Counted from the first letter of the stretch, positions 1-11,229 are shown. The stretch is 64,000 bases of DNA from an uncultured cyanobacterium (GCA_963710605.1 CAVQBA010000006.1:576001-640000), one strand, 5' to 3'. Notes: a model not told the origin generated them from the sequence alone. A program made the numbers and translations.

Positions 1-1274
1 CCAATTCAATAAATTTCACCCACAAAAATATACGCCAAGGAGACATATTAACAGTTTTGAGAACTTGATGTTTATAATCCCAAAGACGTTGGTCTAATTG
101 AACTATTTGTCTTTGTGAAGCCTGGCGATAATAACCTGTCCATCTGTGAGGGGTAACATACAAACTCATCAGTTGATCTGGATCGTACCAGAGTAATTGT
201 TTTAAAGAACGAATAAAATCTCGATCTGTTACTTCTTCAAAATCAGCTACCCATGTTGCTAAAGAAAGAATACCATGTTTTCTTAACAAACGAATAGCTT
301 CTCGATCGGTTTGAGTTGCTCCTCCTTTTTTGATTTTTGCTAAAGTCTCTTCGTCAGTATTCTCTATTCCTAATAAAAATCTTTCTATACCAGCTTTGCG
401 ATATAAATGTAAAATATCCGCATCACGGACTATATCATCGGCACGAGTTGAACCGATAATTGTAATATCAATGTTTTCGGCAATAATCGCTTCGCAAAGT
501 TGGATCCACAAAGCTTTATTAACGGTCGGATTCTCATCAGCTAAATTAATTAACTCAACCCCGTGAGTACGATGTAACCAAGCAATCTCTTTAGCAAATT
601 TCTGCGGATTGCGATGTCGCCACATTGCCCAAAAGCCACGTTGACCGCAATAATTACATTTATGAGGACAACCTCTAGAAAACTGCATCACGACTGCTTG
701 TTTGCCACCATAATAACTATAGCGTTTAGGATCAATTAATTCCCAACCAACACGATAATCATCCAAATTTCTAATCATCGGTGCAGGAGGTGTTTCAACT
801 ATTTTGCCCTGATGACGAAAAGCAATACCTTCTATTTTACTCAAGTCATCATTAGCCTCGATCGCATTTACTAACTTAGTGACAGTTTCTTCTCCTTCTC
901 CTCTGACGGTTATATCTATTTGTGGTTCGTGTTTGAGTATATCGAGATAATAATAAGTAGGGAAAACACCGCCATAAATAATTTTTAATTCGGGTAATTG
1001 TTCACGGAAACTACGGGTTAATTCCACCACAATCGGATGAGCAGATGTTGAACCAGAATGACCAACAATTAAAATTTCTGGATTATGATCAACTACTTGT
1101 TCGATAATTTTGGTATGAGGAAGAGGACCAAATTCAGCATCAAGAAGTGTCACGTCATGTCCTGCATCGATTAATCGGTCCTCCCACACAAAGAAGCCCC
1201 AGTGGTGGTAATTGTTCTTGAGGAATACGACTACCGATAGCAGGATGCGGTGGATTGAGGATGAGAATACGCAT
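1..1274 (-). CDS. bchE: BchE/ChlE-like B12-binding radical SAM protein (anaerobic Mg-protoporphyrin IX monomethyl ester cyclase family); runs off window start; apparent +1 frameshift near 1176
   Basis: Manual translation: MRILILNPPHPAIGSRIPQEQLPPLGLLCVGGP, then in the shifted frame LIDAGHDVTLLDAEFGP...GGVFPT...VRGEGEET...SRGCPHKCNYCGQ (CxxxCxxC)...DIVRDADILHLYRKAG. Not in the ORF track. Confidence 0.75.
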
Positions 1275-1438
1275 AGCGATATTTTTCCTTTTGAAGTAGG
1301 GGAAAACTAATCAGGAAATTAATTTACTCTCAAATTAGCACATACCTCAAAATACGACAGCGATCGTCAAGTTTTATGTAATTTTTCTTAACAGAAGTAA
1401 TTTAATAAATTAAATAGTTATCATCTGTAAAAATAGCC

Positions 1439-1467
1439 GTAGGGACGTTGCAGTGCAACGTCCCTAC
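1439..1467. repeat. GTAG-type REP palindrome
   Basis: gtagggacgttgca-g-tgcaacgtccctac: perfect 14-bp arms, just downstream of sufB. Confidence 0.8.
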
Positions 1468-1526
1468 AAATGATTGCTTAAATTGAGTTCGATCTACATT
1501 AATTCTCAATTCTCAATTCTCAATTC

Positions 1527-2966
1527 TTATCCTACACTACCTTCTAATTTGAGACTTAAAAGTTTATCAGCTTCGGCGGCGAATTCCATTGGTAATTCAT
1601 TAAGAACATCTTTACAAAAACCACTTACTAACATTGAGATAGCATCTTCTTCAGCGATACCTCTTTGAGCAAAATAAAATAATTGATCTTCACCTATTTT
1701 AGAAGTAGAAGCTTCATGCTCTAATTTAGCATTGTTGTTATCTACTTGAATATAAGGAAAAGTATTCGCCTCGGCAGTATCACCTATCAACATCGAATCA
1801 CATTGAGAGTAATTTCTTGCACCTTTGGCTTTGTTACCCATTTTGACTAAACCACGGTAACTATTTTTCGATTTACCAGCAGAGATACCTTTAGAAATAA
1901 TTGTGCTACGGGTATTTTTACCAATATGCACCATTTTTGTTCCTGTATCTGCTTGTTGCATATTATTAGTTAAAGCGATCGAATAAAATTCACCGACGGA
2001 ATTATCACCAACTAAAACACAACTAGGATATTTCCAAGTAATTGCACTTCCAGTTTCTACTTGTGTCCAAGAAATTTTGGAGTTAACACCTTTACATAAA
2101 CCACGTTTAGTAACGAAGTTGTAAATACCACCTTTACCATTTTCATCTCCTGCATACCAGTTTTGGACAGTAGAATATTTGATATCAGCATTATCCAAAG
2201 CAACTAGTTCGACAACCGCCGCGTGTAATTGATTGCTATCGTACATAGGTGCGGTGCAACCTTCAAGATAACTAACAGATGCACCTTCCTCAGCGACAAT
2301 CAAAGTACGCTCAAATTGTCCTGTATCACCATTATTAATCCGGAAATAAGTCGATAATTCCATGGGGCATTTAACACCTTTAGGAATAAAGACAAATGAG
2401 CCATCACTAAACACAGCCGCATTCAAAGCCGCAAAAAAGTTATCAGCAGTAGATACAACAGTGCCTAAATATTTTTGAATTAAATCTGGATGTTCTTGTA
2501 ATGCTTCAGAGATAGAGCAGAAAATAACACCTTCTTCAGCTAATTGTTTTTTAAAGGTAGTAGCCACAGAAACACTATCAAAAATAGCATCTACGGCAAC
2601 GTTACTTAATCTTTTTTGTTCGGATAAAGGAATACCTAATTTTTCAAAAGTATCGAGTAAAGTAGGATCAACTTCATCCAAACTTTCTAATTTTTTCTTT
2701 TCTTGTTTGGGTGCAGAGTAGTAAATAATATCTTGATAATCAATTTGAGGATAACCAACATGAGCCCATTCAGGTTCGGTCATTTTTAACCATTGCTGAT
2801 AGGCTTTGAGGCGAAACTCAAGCATAAATTCGGGTTCTTTTTTCTTCGCTGATATTAATCTAATTACGTCTTCGCTTAAGCCTTTGGCAATTGTATCGGA
2901 TTCAATATCGGTGACAAATCCGTATTTATAAGGCTGATTAACGAGAGTCTTTACACTACTACTCAT
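1527..2966 (-). CDS. sufB: Fe-S cluster assembly protein SufB
   Basis: 479 aa; [51 protein letters not shown]. Confidence 0.97.
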   Translation of the reverse strand: MSSSVKTLVNQPYKYGFVTDIESDTIAKGLSEDVIRLISAKKKEPEFMLEFRLKAYQQWLKMTEPEWAHVGYPQIDYQDIIYYSAPKQEKKKLESLDEVDPTLLDTFEKLGIPLSEQKRLSNVAVDAIFDSVSVATTFKKQLAEEGVIFCSISEALQEHPDLIQKYLGTVVSTADNFFAALNAAVFSDGSFVFIPKGVKCPMELSTYFRINNGDTGQFERTLIVAEEGASVSYLEGCTAPMYDSNQLHAAVVELVALDNADIKYSTVQNWYAGDENGKGGIYNFVTKRGLCKGVNSKISWTQVETGSAITWKYPSCVLVGDNSVGEFYSIALTNNMQQADTGTKMVHIGKNTRSTIISKGISAGKSKNSYRGLVKMGNKAKGARNYSQCDSMLIGDTAEANTFPYIQVDNNNAKLEHEASTSKIGEDQLFYFAQRGIAEEDAISMLVSGFCKDVLNELPMEFAAEADKLLSLKLEGSVG

Positions 2967-3009
2967 ATTAAGTTAACTATAGTATTTATTTCATATCTAT
3001 TTAGTTTAA

Positions 3010-3023
3010 CAACATTTTTGTTG
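3010..3023. promoter_or_regulatory. Putative SufR operator (CAAC-N6-GTTG)
   Basis: CAAC-ATTTTT-GTTG about 45 bp upstream of the sufB start; matches the cyanobacterial SufR inverted repeat. Confidence 0.7.
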
Positions 3024-3213
3024 CTAAAGTCTATTGTAAGATATAACGATCTTTTTGTGGGGAAGAATAACTAGAGAATTGATATGAATCCCTTATCGAA
3101 GCACGTCTTCGGTGAGAATTAAGAATTGAGTCGGGATGAAGAGTGAAAGATAAAGAACAAGAAATCTTTTTCATTATACTTGTTCAGTATTATTATCTGT
3201 TCACTATTCACCG

Positions 3214-3426
3214 TTATTGTACATCCCACCAACCAAAAGCAGGACCGATAAAACGAATAGCAATCCAACCGAAAGCTAAGGCGGCGATACCTGCCCAAGC
3301 ACCACGGGTAGTTAATTCATAAGCCTTTTTGGCTTGAGTTTTACTTAACGGTAACCAAGAATAAAGACGCTCTTCTTTACCGTAGTCATCGCCTAATACT
3401 TCTTTTCTACGTTTTGCTTCTCCCAT
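3214..3426 (-). CDS. Small conserved cyanobacterial membrane protein (DUF2839-like)
   Basis: MGEAKRRKE start; C-terminal TM segment ending RFIGPAFGWW. Confidence 0.8.
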   Translation of the reverse strand: MGEAKRRKEVLGDDYGKEERLYSWLPLSKTQAKKAYELTTRGAWAGIAALAFGWIAIRFIGPAFGWWDVQ

Positions 3427-3628
3427 GTTCTTGTTATCTTCCTAAATCTTGATGATGTGTATGTATAATTTATTTTATTGTAGGTGAAATTTTGACCTAA
3501 TTATGACGATCGTTTGTCTGGATACATAATCTGTAATATCTGTTGTTTTATGTTTGAACAAATAGTTAGTAATTAGATTCCAATTAGAAATTATATATAA
3601 GGTGGGGAATACCCACCCTAAAACAAGA

Positions 3629-5104
3629 TTAACTATTCATTATCCAATTGACTAAAGTACGAACACCAAAACCTGTACCGCCTTCGTTGTTGATTGCACT
3701 AGGTTTATCTGCCCAAACAGCACCTGCTATATCTAAGTGAGCCCAAGGAGTTTTTTCGACAAATTGCTCTAAAAATAAAGCGGCAGTAATCGAACCACCT
3801 GCACGGCTACCTGTGTTTTTCATGTCCGCAATTTTAGATTTCATCACTTCAAAATAATTACTTTCCATCGGCATTTGCCAAAGTTTTTCCCCTGCACTTT
3901 CAGTTGAATTTAATAATTCGGTAGCCAAATTTTTGTCAGATGTCCATAAGCCAGCAATATTGTTACCTAAAGCTACAACACAAGCACCTGTCAAAGTAGC
4001 TAAATCAACCATCGCATCTACTTCTAATTTATCTGTATAAACTAAAGCATCAGCTAGAGTTAAACGCCCTTCTGCGTCGGTATTATTAACTTCGATCGTT
4101 TTACCATTAGAAGCAGTTAAAATATCACCAGGGTGCATTGCTTTACCGCTAATCATGTTTTCAGTTACCGCACTAATAAAGTGGACTTCAACATCGGGTT
4201 TTAGTTGAGCAATAGCTTTAGCAGTACCAAAGGTTGCCGCCGCACCACCCATATCCATTTTCATGGTTTCGATACCACTACCACCTGTTTTTAAATTCAA
4301 ACCACCTGAGTCGAAGGTTAAACCTTTACCAATAATTGCTAATTTACGTTTAGCTGTACCTTTTGGTTTATAGATTAAATGTAAAAATTGTGGCGGAATT
4401 TCGGAGGCTTGAGCAACACCTAAAAATGAACCCATTCCTAATTCTTCACATTCTGCTTGAGCTAATACTTTTAATTCTAAACCGTAATCATCAGCCATTT
4501 CCTTAACTAGTTTTGTCATGGCGATTGGATTGATATCATTAGCTGGTGAGTTGACTAATTCTCTGGCTAAGATTACTCCTGAAGCGATTTTTTCAGCTTT
4601 GCTAATTGCTTTATCATTAGCAGGTAATTCTAATAATTCAATCGTTTCTAGTTTGTTAGAATCATCGGCTTTAGATTTGAAACGATTATCTTTATGTAAA
4701 GCCAAAAGAATTCCTTCACAAATAACTTGAGCTAGAATATCACTTTCATAATTATCATTATTGAGCGCAATAGCTAAAGTTTTGACATTTGCAGTTGTTG
4801 CACTTCTGGCAATTTTACCTCCTGCTTGACGAAAACTATCTAAATTTAAGTCTTCTGCTTTTCCTAAACCGACTAAAATTATTTTACGAATAGGGTTTTT
4901 TCCGCCTATACGAGCAGTTGCGGTTGTACCTTGCTTTCCTTTAAATTCTGTTTCGCTAATTAATTCGGTAATGGTGCCGTCTAGTTGTTGATTTAACTTT
5001 TCTAATTCTCCTGTTAATTTAATCTCTTCATCAGCGGTAAAAGCGATCGCTAAAGCATCACCACTCCAATCTAATTTACTGCTATTACTGATTTTTATTT
5101 CCAT
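3629..5104 (-). CDS. pepA: Leucyl aminopeptidase (M17)
   Basis: [37 protein letters not shown]. Confidence 0.96.
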   Translation of the reverse strand: MEIKISNSSKLDWSGDALAIAFTADEEIKLTGELEKLNQQLDGTITELISETEFKGKQGTTATARIGGKNPIRKIILVGLGKAEDLNLDSFRQAGGKIARSATTANVKTLAIALNNDNYESDILAQVICEGILLALHKDNRFKSKADDSNKLETIELLELPANDKAISKAEKIASGVILARELVNSPANDINPIAMTKLVKEMADDYGLELKVLAQAECEELGMGSFLGVAQASEIPPQFLHLIYKPKGTAKRKLAIIGKGLTFDSGGLNLKTGGSGIETMKMDMGGAAATFGTAKAIAQLKPDVEVHFISAVTENMISGKAMHPGDILTASNGKTIEVNNTDAEGRLTLADALVYTDKLEVDAMVDLATLTGACVVALGNNIAGLWTSDKNLATELLNSTESAGEKLWQMPMESNYFEVMKSKIADMKNTGSRAGGSITAALFLEQFVEKTPWAHLDIAGAVWADKPSAINNEGGTGFGVRTLVNWIMNS

Positions 5105-5345
5105 ATGCTCAAATATGCCTATCTATAATTACGATTTTCTGATGTTTACTCGTTATTTTATTATAGAATTTTTGCGTATGTTACAAAATATATCGATCGT
5201 ATTAATTAATATATTGCTCGTCAAAAATATTTTTGAGTATTTTAACTACTAACTTTGAAGGTGGGCATTGATTACCCACCCGACTATATCTCAATTTTCC
5301 TATTTTTTAAGTCGGAAAATGAGAAAAAAGTAAAGTAATAATTAA

Positions 5346-6332
5346 TTATCTACTTCGTCTTTTATATCTTGTATTTCCTTGGTTTGATAACAACCTTGAT
5401 ATTTTATTACGATAATAAATTTCGTTTGTGCCATCACCTTTGTAACCATTAGCTTGATTAACCTGTCTTTGTAAAGCTACAACTCTTTCCTCAGAATTAG
5501 GGTGAGTACTAAACAAACTAGGTTGATTTGAGCCTCCTTGCCCTAATTTACGCATAAAATCAACCATTGGTTGGGGTGCGTAACCTGCGGCTTTCAACAT
5601 CGCTAAACCTAAGTTGTCTGCTTCGTATTCATCACTTCTACTATGGGGTAAATCTGAAGCTAAGGTAACTCCTAGCTGTACTACTTGCGATCGTTCTAAT
5701 CCTGCTACGCTTAGTAATCCTTGAGTGACTGCTTGTTGACGCATTTGCTCTTGAGAATGTCTGCCGACTACATGACCAATTTCGTGGGCAACAACACTAG
5801 CTAATTCGGCTTCATTAGAGGCTGTTGTTAATAAACCTGTGTGGAGATAGATAAAACCCCCCATGGTAGCGAAGGCATTAACTTGAGGATTATCGACTAT
5901 TTCAAAACGATATGGTATATCTTGTCTGTCACTGACGGCTACTAATCTACGTCCAATATCATTAACATAACGATCAAGATTTTCGTCTCGATATAATTTT
6001 ACTTTACCTTGAGAAACTAATTGCTGACGAATTTGGCTACCTATTTGTACTTCTTGACAATCGCTCATCGTATTAATCTGTATCAACTGAATACCACGAA
6101 AAATTAATTCTTGCCAAGAAATTGCTTGACTCATGGAGATGTTGCCAAACAAAATACTAATTGAGACACCTAAAGCGAAAAATAAAGAGAGTAAAGGATG
6201 TTTAGATTTAAGCACTGTTCTTAAATTGTTATTTCTTTTAATAAAACTACTATTTAAATGATAAATTAGTTTTAGTGACGCTTGAAAATACCAGTTGTTC
6301 CAAAAACTACTCAATCTATCTTTTTTAATCAA
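5346..6332 (-). CDS. M48 family metallopeptidase (true start probably later, e.g. GTG at ~6215)
   Basis: NAFATMGG, AHEIGH, SRSDEYEAD, FSTHP; hydrophobic signal-like stretch. Confidence 0.88.
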   Translation of the reverse strand: MIKKDRLSSFWNNWYFQASLKLIYHLNSSFIKRNNNLRTVLKSKHPLLSLFFALGVSISILFGNISMSQAISWQELIFRGIQLIQINTMSDCQEVQIGSQIRQQLVSQGKVKLYRDENLDRYVNDIGRRLVAVSDRQDIPYRFEIVDNPQVNAFATMGGFIYLHTGLLTTASNEAELASVVAHEIGHVVGRHSQEQMRQQAVTQGLLSVAGLERSQVVQLGVTLASDLPHSRSDEYEADNLGLAMLKAAGYAPQPMVDFMRKLGQGGSNQPSLFSTHPNSEERVVALQRQVNQANGYKGDGTNEIYYRNKISRLLSNQGNTRYKRRSR

Positions 6333-6499
6333 TAGTGATAATCTACTTAATAATTATAATCTACTAAATAATTTATTCTGTTTAAAATATGTTTTACTTT
6401 TAATTAATTCTCAATATTTATTGAAGTCCAAAAAAAGATAAATTAACTATTAATAATATTATTATCTAATTAAATTTAGTTTCAACCCCCAAAAAAATT

Positions 6500-6955
6500 A
6501 TGACAACTTTTTTCGCATTTGAGCAAGATTTTGTGGATTCTTTACGTTGTATCCCTATGATAGTTAGATATAAGCTAGATACTTGTGGAGTTAAATTAAA
6601 ACTTAATCATTGGTTTGCTTTTGATCAAACACAAAAAGAATTATTAGTTAATAATCCTTGTCAAACACCAACTCAAATAGAAGAATATAGAAATAATTTA
6701 CAACAGTTAATTCATAATCAAACGGGCGAATATGCTAAAAGATTAACGATCGATTCTCACCCTTCATGGTTAAATAAACAACACATACCTGAGAGCGTAC
6801 AACAAAAAAGTCAAGAATTAAATCGACAATTAACATCAACGCAATGGCAAAACCTCGATGATTTACAAAGATTTGCACTAATTAAATTAAGCCGCTCTAA
6901 TCACGAAAATAAAAACTTTTTACCCGCATTAAAAGAGTTTAATTTAACCGATTAA
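6500..6955 (+). CDS. narM: Nitrate reductase-associated protein NarM
   Basis: FEQDFVDSLRCIPMIVRYKLD...LQRFALIKLSR..HENKNFLPALKEF. Confidence 0.85.
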   Translation: MTTFFAFEQDFVDSLRCIPMIVRYKLDTCGVKLKLNHWFAFDQTQKELLVNNPCQTPTQIEEYRNNLQQLIHNQTGEYAKRLTIDSHPSWLNKQHIPESVQQKSQELNRQLTSTQWQNLDDLQRFALIKLSRSNHENKNFLPALKEFNLTD

Positions 6956-7080
6956 AAAATAGTAACTATGATTAATAGAATGAATTAGAAATTCTGAATT
7001 CGTTCGGTAGGAAAATAAAGACGAATTAGAAATAAAGAATAGTTGACACTCCTCTACCTGAAGGTAAGAGGATTCTTGGT

Positions 7081-8343
7081 TCATTGAGTCGTCTTACCTT
7101 GACAGGTGTTTCCACCAACCAAAATAGAGGACAATTCTCCCCAAGCGTTTAAATCTAAATTTTCAGATTTACTTCCCCAATGCCCTTGGGTAGCTTTTTT
7201 TAAAATATTCAATGATGCGTTGGTGTCCCGATCAGCTATATAACCACAACTACACAGGTGAGTTCTAGTAGATAGACTTTTCTTGACTCGTTGACCACAG
7301 TTGAAACAATCCTGTGAGGTATAAGCTGGATTAACAGCTATGGTTAGCTTTCGATATTTCAGACCAAAATACTCCAACCATTTGCGAAACTGACTCCAAC
7401 TGGCATCATTAATACTTTTAGATAACTTTTTATTTCTAACTAGATTTTTGACTCTTAAATCTTCGTAGGCTATCAAGTCGTTTGACTGAACTAAACGCAG
7501 TGCGGTTTTCTTCCCGAACTCCTCACGTTGCCTACTTACTTTTAAATGTGCTTTACTATAACGTTTTCTAGCTTTTAAATAGTTGTTACTAACTGGTTTC
7601 CCTTTTTTTAATTTTCTTGACTTCCATCGGTTAAGTTTATTTAATCTTGGTTCGGTTTTGCGATAAAATTTAGGGTTTTGAACAAAATTACCATTGCTAT
7701 CTGCATAAAAATATCGTATCCCCATATCTAACCCAATCATTTTCTTTGTTTGAGGTAGTTCTGGGGTTATATCTCTTACGTCTAGCTTCAAGCAAAACTG
7801 AGAATAATAGCCGTCGCTTCTCCTAACAATACGGACTCTTTGTATTTGGAATTCTTGGAAATAAAATAAATCTCTCGAACCAATTAACTTTAGAGTACCG
7901 ATATTGTTACCGTCTGTGAAGGTTATTCTTTTGTTGTCTCTATCTAACTTCCATCCTGACTTTTTCAACTCGATACTTCGTGTTCGCTTAGAAAACTGAG
8001 GATAACCCGCTTGGTGCGCGTTCCCTTGCGCCTGTCGGCGGCGCGGGATCGCATCCGCTTTCTTCCCTTTTATGTCTTTTTTACAATTATCATAAAATTT
8101 GGCAATTGCCGACCATGCTCTTTCTCCAGCTTGTTGACACGCTGTTGAATTTAATTGTTTGACAAAAGAAAACTCTTTTCTCAAATCTGTAGTATGACGA
8201 TAAATATCTTTTTTGCCTACTCCTCTTAAGTCCATCCATAAACGAATACATTTATTACGCACGAACTTTACGGTACGAATACCTTCGTCGATTGCTTTAA
8301 ATTGTTCTGGCTTTCCTTTTAATTTGTATTCTAATAAAAACAT
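7081..8343 (-). CDS. tnpB: RNA-guided endonuclease TnpB
   Basis: RuvC motifs GLDMG, AYEDL, DRDTNAS; Zn finger CFNC...CSC; carries a 16-aa in-frame insert. Confidence 0.93.
   Translation of the reverse strand: MFLLEYKLKGKPEQFKAIDEGIRTVKFVRNKCIRLWMDLRGVGKKDIYRHTTDLRKEFSFVKQLNSTACQQAGERAWSAIAKFYDNCKKDIKGKKADAIPRRRQAQGNAHQAGYPQFSKRTRSIELKKSGWKLDRDNKRITFTDGNNIGTLKLIGSRDLFYFQEFQIQRVRIVRRSDGYYSQFCLKLDVRDITPELPQTKKMIGLDMGIRYFYADSNGNFVQNPKFYRKTEPRLNKLNRWKSRKLKKGKPVSNNYLKARKRYSKAHLKVSRQREEFGKKTALRLVQSNDLIAYEDLRVKNLVRNKKLSKSINDASWSQFRKWLEYFGLKYRKLTIAVNPAYTSQDCFNCGQRVKKSLSTRTHLCSCGYIADRDTNASLNILKKATQGHWGSKSENLDLNAWGELSSILVGGNTCQGKTTQ
8007..8060. repeat. 48-bp GC-rich hairpin insertion with CCGCTT direct repeats inside tnpB
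   Basis: CCGCTT at 8007-8012 and 8055-8060; nested inverted repeats between them. Confidence 0.75.
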
Positions 8344-8463
8344 TTTACGCTTTTAACTACCGCATAAAACATTTTACCATACAATTAGAAAAGTCGTCTT
8401 GAAAGACGAGGCTTTATACCCAAAAGTTTTGGTAATAAATTAGGATTAATTATTAATTACTTT

Positions 8464-8547
8464 TTACTCTTTACTCCTTACTCCTTACTCCTTACTCCTT
8501 ACTCCTTACTCCTTACTCCTTACTCCTTACTCCTTACTCTTTACTCA
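8464..8547 (+). repeat. Heptamer tandem repeat (STRR-type) TTACTCC, 9 perfect + 3 variant units
   Basis: Read directly from sequence. Confidence 0.95.
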
Positions 8548-8548
8548 T

Positions 8549-8803
8549 CTAAAGTTTTGCCCTCAGCATAAATTGATAATCTCCTCCTGCTTCTAATTCG
8601 TAATCGTATTTTTCTAAAAAACGACTCAAAGGCTCTTGGATTAAACTACGTCCAAGAGTAGGCTTGACTTGTAACTTACCCTGAGGAAAATACCAGTGAA
8701 AAAACCATTGATATTTACCTGCATTTACTTCACCGATTATTTCTCTTTTATACCAACATTGATTGGTTATTTTAACTTCGACAACAGTTCCTGAAAATGA
8801 CAT
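8549..8803 (-). CDS. Conserved cyanobacterial protein (DUF3146-like)
   Basis: GEVNAG..W.F.W.F..GKL.VKPTLGRSLIQEPLSRFLE..DYELEAGGDYQF. Confidence 0.75.
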   Translation of the reverse strand: MSFSGTVVEVKITNQCWYKREIIGEVNAGKYQWFFHWYFPQGKLQVKPTLGRSLIQEPLSRFLEKYDYELEAGGDYQFMLRAKL

Positions 8804-9026
8804 TGTTCAGATAAAATTTTAGTTATGGTTATTAATTATAAGTTATTTATTAATCAAGGAAAAAACAATTATACCAATTAATTAGTCTTTCGTATTGAGA
8901 CGATCGTTATACAAGATTAGATCGTGGCACTAATGATAACTTTAACATTAATTCCTACTATCGGTAACTCCTAATCTCAACAAAAATATTTTATTGTCAC
9001 TTTCAATACTAAAAATAAAATTTAAG

Positions 9027-9818
9027 TTAAAAAGGAGAGAACAACTGGAAAATAAACGGTACAATAGAACTAACCGCTTGCACAAAACCCGGACTACCTT
9101 GATTGCCTTTACTATCTTTGTTGTTTTCGTAGTCTTCACGGGCTTCTACCATTTGAATAAAACGGGTAGATAATAGATAACCATCGGAGTTGTTTTGTGT
9201 TTCAAAAAGGTTTTGTGCTGTTTGAGCGTCGCTAACAGCATTTTCAACTTGTCCGTAACGAGATTTGATGATACCTCTGGCTAAATATGCCGGTGCAAGT
9301 TTTGGCTCTAATTCGATCGCTTGATTATAATATGTAAGAGCTTGTGTATAGTTACCTTCTTTGTCTTCTTGCATCGCCCAAAGATAAAATTGTTCCGCTG
9401 AAGCGATATTATTTGGCATACCGATAGCCCCCTCAACATAAGCTTTACTCAAATCAGTATTAGTAATGATGACATTAGAAAGATAACTATTTCTTAAATC
9501 AGTATTGTTAAAAATTGCACCAGTCAAGTTTGCACCGGTTAAGTTTGCCCCGAAAAGCGATGTATTAGTTAAATTTGCCCCTGATAAATCTGCCCCTGTC
9601 AAATCCGCTCGACTCAAATTCGCACCTACAAGATTAGCACCTCGTAAATTCGCACTTTTTAAATTTATCATCACCAAACCTGCGTGACTTAAATCACAAT
9701 TTTCACAGTCTTTGGTTTGTAATACTTGATTCAAATGCTCAATATTTTCAGCTTTAGTGTAGCTAGGAAAGACTAAACTTAAAGACAATGACAAGCCGAT
9801 AAATGCTAATTTTTTCAT
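9027..9818 (-). CDS. Secreted pentapeptide-repeat / TPR protein
   Basis: Signal peptide, CENCDL, A(N/D)LxG repeats, TPR YNQAIELEPKLAPAYLARG. Confidence 0.9.
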   Translation of the reverse strand: MKKLAFIGLSLSLSLVFPSYTKAENIEHLNQVLQTKDCENCDLSHAGLVMINLKSANLRGANLVGANLSRADLTGADLSGANLTNTSLFGANLTGANLTGAIFNNTDLRNSYLSNVIITNTDLSKAYVEGAIGMPNNIASAEQFYLWAMQEDKEGNYTQALTYYNQAIELEPKLAPAYLARGIIKSRYGQVENAVSDAQTAQNLFETQNNSDGYLLSTRFIQMVEAREDYENNKDSKGNQGSPGFVQAVSSIVPFIFQLFSPF

Positions 9819-10184
9819 AATATTAAATTTAAATTTAAAAATGAACGATCGAATTAGAAATCTTCAACAATTATGAATCAGACTTACTTTTTGTATAATA
9901 CTTTAATTTATAAAATAATGATCCTGAATCAATAAATCAACAGTACTACGTACGATCGTTATATCTGAAGAATAAAGAAAAAAATAAATCGTTCAATTTC
10001 AATTCTCAAGTTTCAATTCACGACTAAAAGCAATAACCTACCTGAATTTACTGGCAAAGTAAGTCGTATTCACTATCAGCACAAATGACATTATTATAAG
10101 TAAAGGTAATGTCTTTGACAAAAATAACTGTCCAAAAAGTGTAGTAATAATATGCTAAAGTAATCCTAAATTACAAAACAACAT

Positions 10185-10493
10185 ATGTCAATCGCAGTAG
10201 GAATGATCGAAACTCTGGGTTTCCCCGCAGTTGTGGAAGCCGCAGATGCAATGGTAAAAGCTGCACGAGTAACTTTAGTCGGTTACGAAAAAATAGGTAG
10301 TGGTCGTGTTACTGTTATCGTCAGAGGTAATGTCTCTGAGGTACAGGCTTCTGTCGCCGCTGGAATTGAAAATGCTCAACGAGTTAGTGGTGGACAAGTT
10401 TTATCTACTCATATTATTGCTCGTCCTCACGAAAACCTCGAATATGTTTTACCTATTCGTTATACCGAAGAAGTAGAACAATTCTTGAACTAA
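10185..10493 (+). CDS. ccmK: Carboxysome shell BMC-H protein, CcmK1/K2 type
   Basis: [42 protein letters not shown]...[25 protein letters not shown]. Confidence 0.96.
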   Translation: MSIAVGMIETLGFPAVVEAADAMVKAARVTLVGYEKIGSGRVTVIVRGNVSEVQASVAAGIENAQRVSGGQVLSTHIIARPHENLEYVLPIRYTEEVEQFLN

Positions 10494-10530
10494 AGCACGA
10501 GTATATAGAATCGTTTTAGTCATCTAAATA

Positions 10531-10561
10531 TAGGTTGAGCTATCAAAACTTTGCTTAACCT
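10531..10561 (+). terminator. Hairpin downstream of ccmK
   Basis: aggttgagc...gcttaacct imperfect stem. Confidence 0.45.
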
Positions 10562-10662
10562 TATATAAGTATTTAACACAAAACTCTTGCTCTACACAAA
10601 AGTATATTCACTCTTCAATTTACAGCGAAAGACAAATAAAAAGAATTGAGAATTAATCTTTA

Positions 10663-11229
10663 TTGCCACTCATGGTTAATTACAATCAAAAGAAGATTAG
10701 TAAAATAAAGACATCACCTGATCAGATTAAGTTAATTATATTAGGATTAATTAGTCTAATTTTAGTGTTCACTTTAAATAGTTGTAGCCAAATTGTCATC
10801 AATGAATATAATGTATTCGCTGTCACTACTCATACTTGGCGAGTTGAATATTTTATTAGTCGTAACGAAAAACAACCGAGAATCGAAGAATTTACTTCTA
10901 TCTCTTTAACAAATGTTAATGGCGAAAAACCAGAAGAAGCTTTTGGCGAAATAGATGACAAAGGATTGTGGTGGCCAAAAATTCCTCCTAAACCTAGTTT
11001 GGATGAAATTGAAGAATTAGAAGAAATAGGAGAACAACATTCTCGCCCTGAAATTTTACGAACAGTTAAGTATAGTATTATTTATGGACAAGGAGATAAC
11101 AAAACTACTTTACCAACTAACTATTCAGTTTACCGACAAGGAGTTAAAGCGATATCACAAGGGCAATCTTTAAAACTGACTTTAGGAATTAATGATCAAT
11201 CTGTAGAAAAAGCTGAGCCAACACCATAG
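10663..11229 (+). CDS. Hypothetical lipoprotein
   Basis: Hydrophobic stretch followed by LNSC lipobox; start uncertain. Confidence 0.6.
   Translation: MPLMVNYNQKKISKIKTSPDQIKLIILGLISLILVFTLNSCSQIVINEYNVFAVTTHTWRVEYFISRNEKQPRIEEFTSISLTNVNGEKPEEAFGEIDDKGLWWPKIPPKPSLDEIEELEEIGEQHSRPEILRTVKYSIIYGQGDNKTTLPTNYSVYRQGVKAISQGQSLKLTLGINDQSVEKAEPTP

Larger units (their letters stand above)
7043..8431 (-). mobile_element. Non-autonomous IS200/IS605-family (IS1341-type, tnpB only) element
   Basis: Minus-strand left end TTAC|CAAAAC followed by a subterminal hairpin (~8390-8414); right-end hairpin (cctct...agagg, 7051-7071) ending ...GAGTGTCAA at 7043; no tnpA. Confidence 0.8.

Noticed and set aside
330-566. 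Short antisense ORFs in the track (e.g. 330, 1474, 4518, 9505, 13178, 25834, 26044, 29803, 32647, 40936, 43325, 48892, 49897, 57362, 62005)
   Set aside because: Shadow frames overlapping well-supported genes on the other strand
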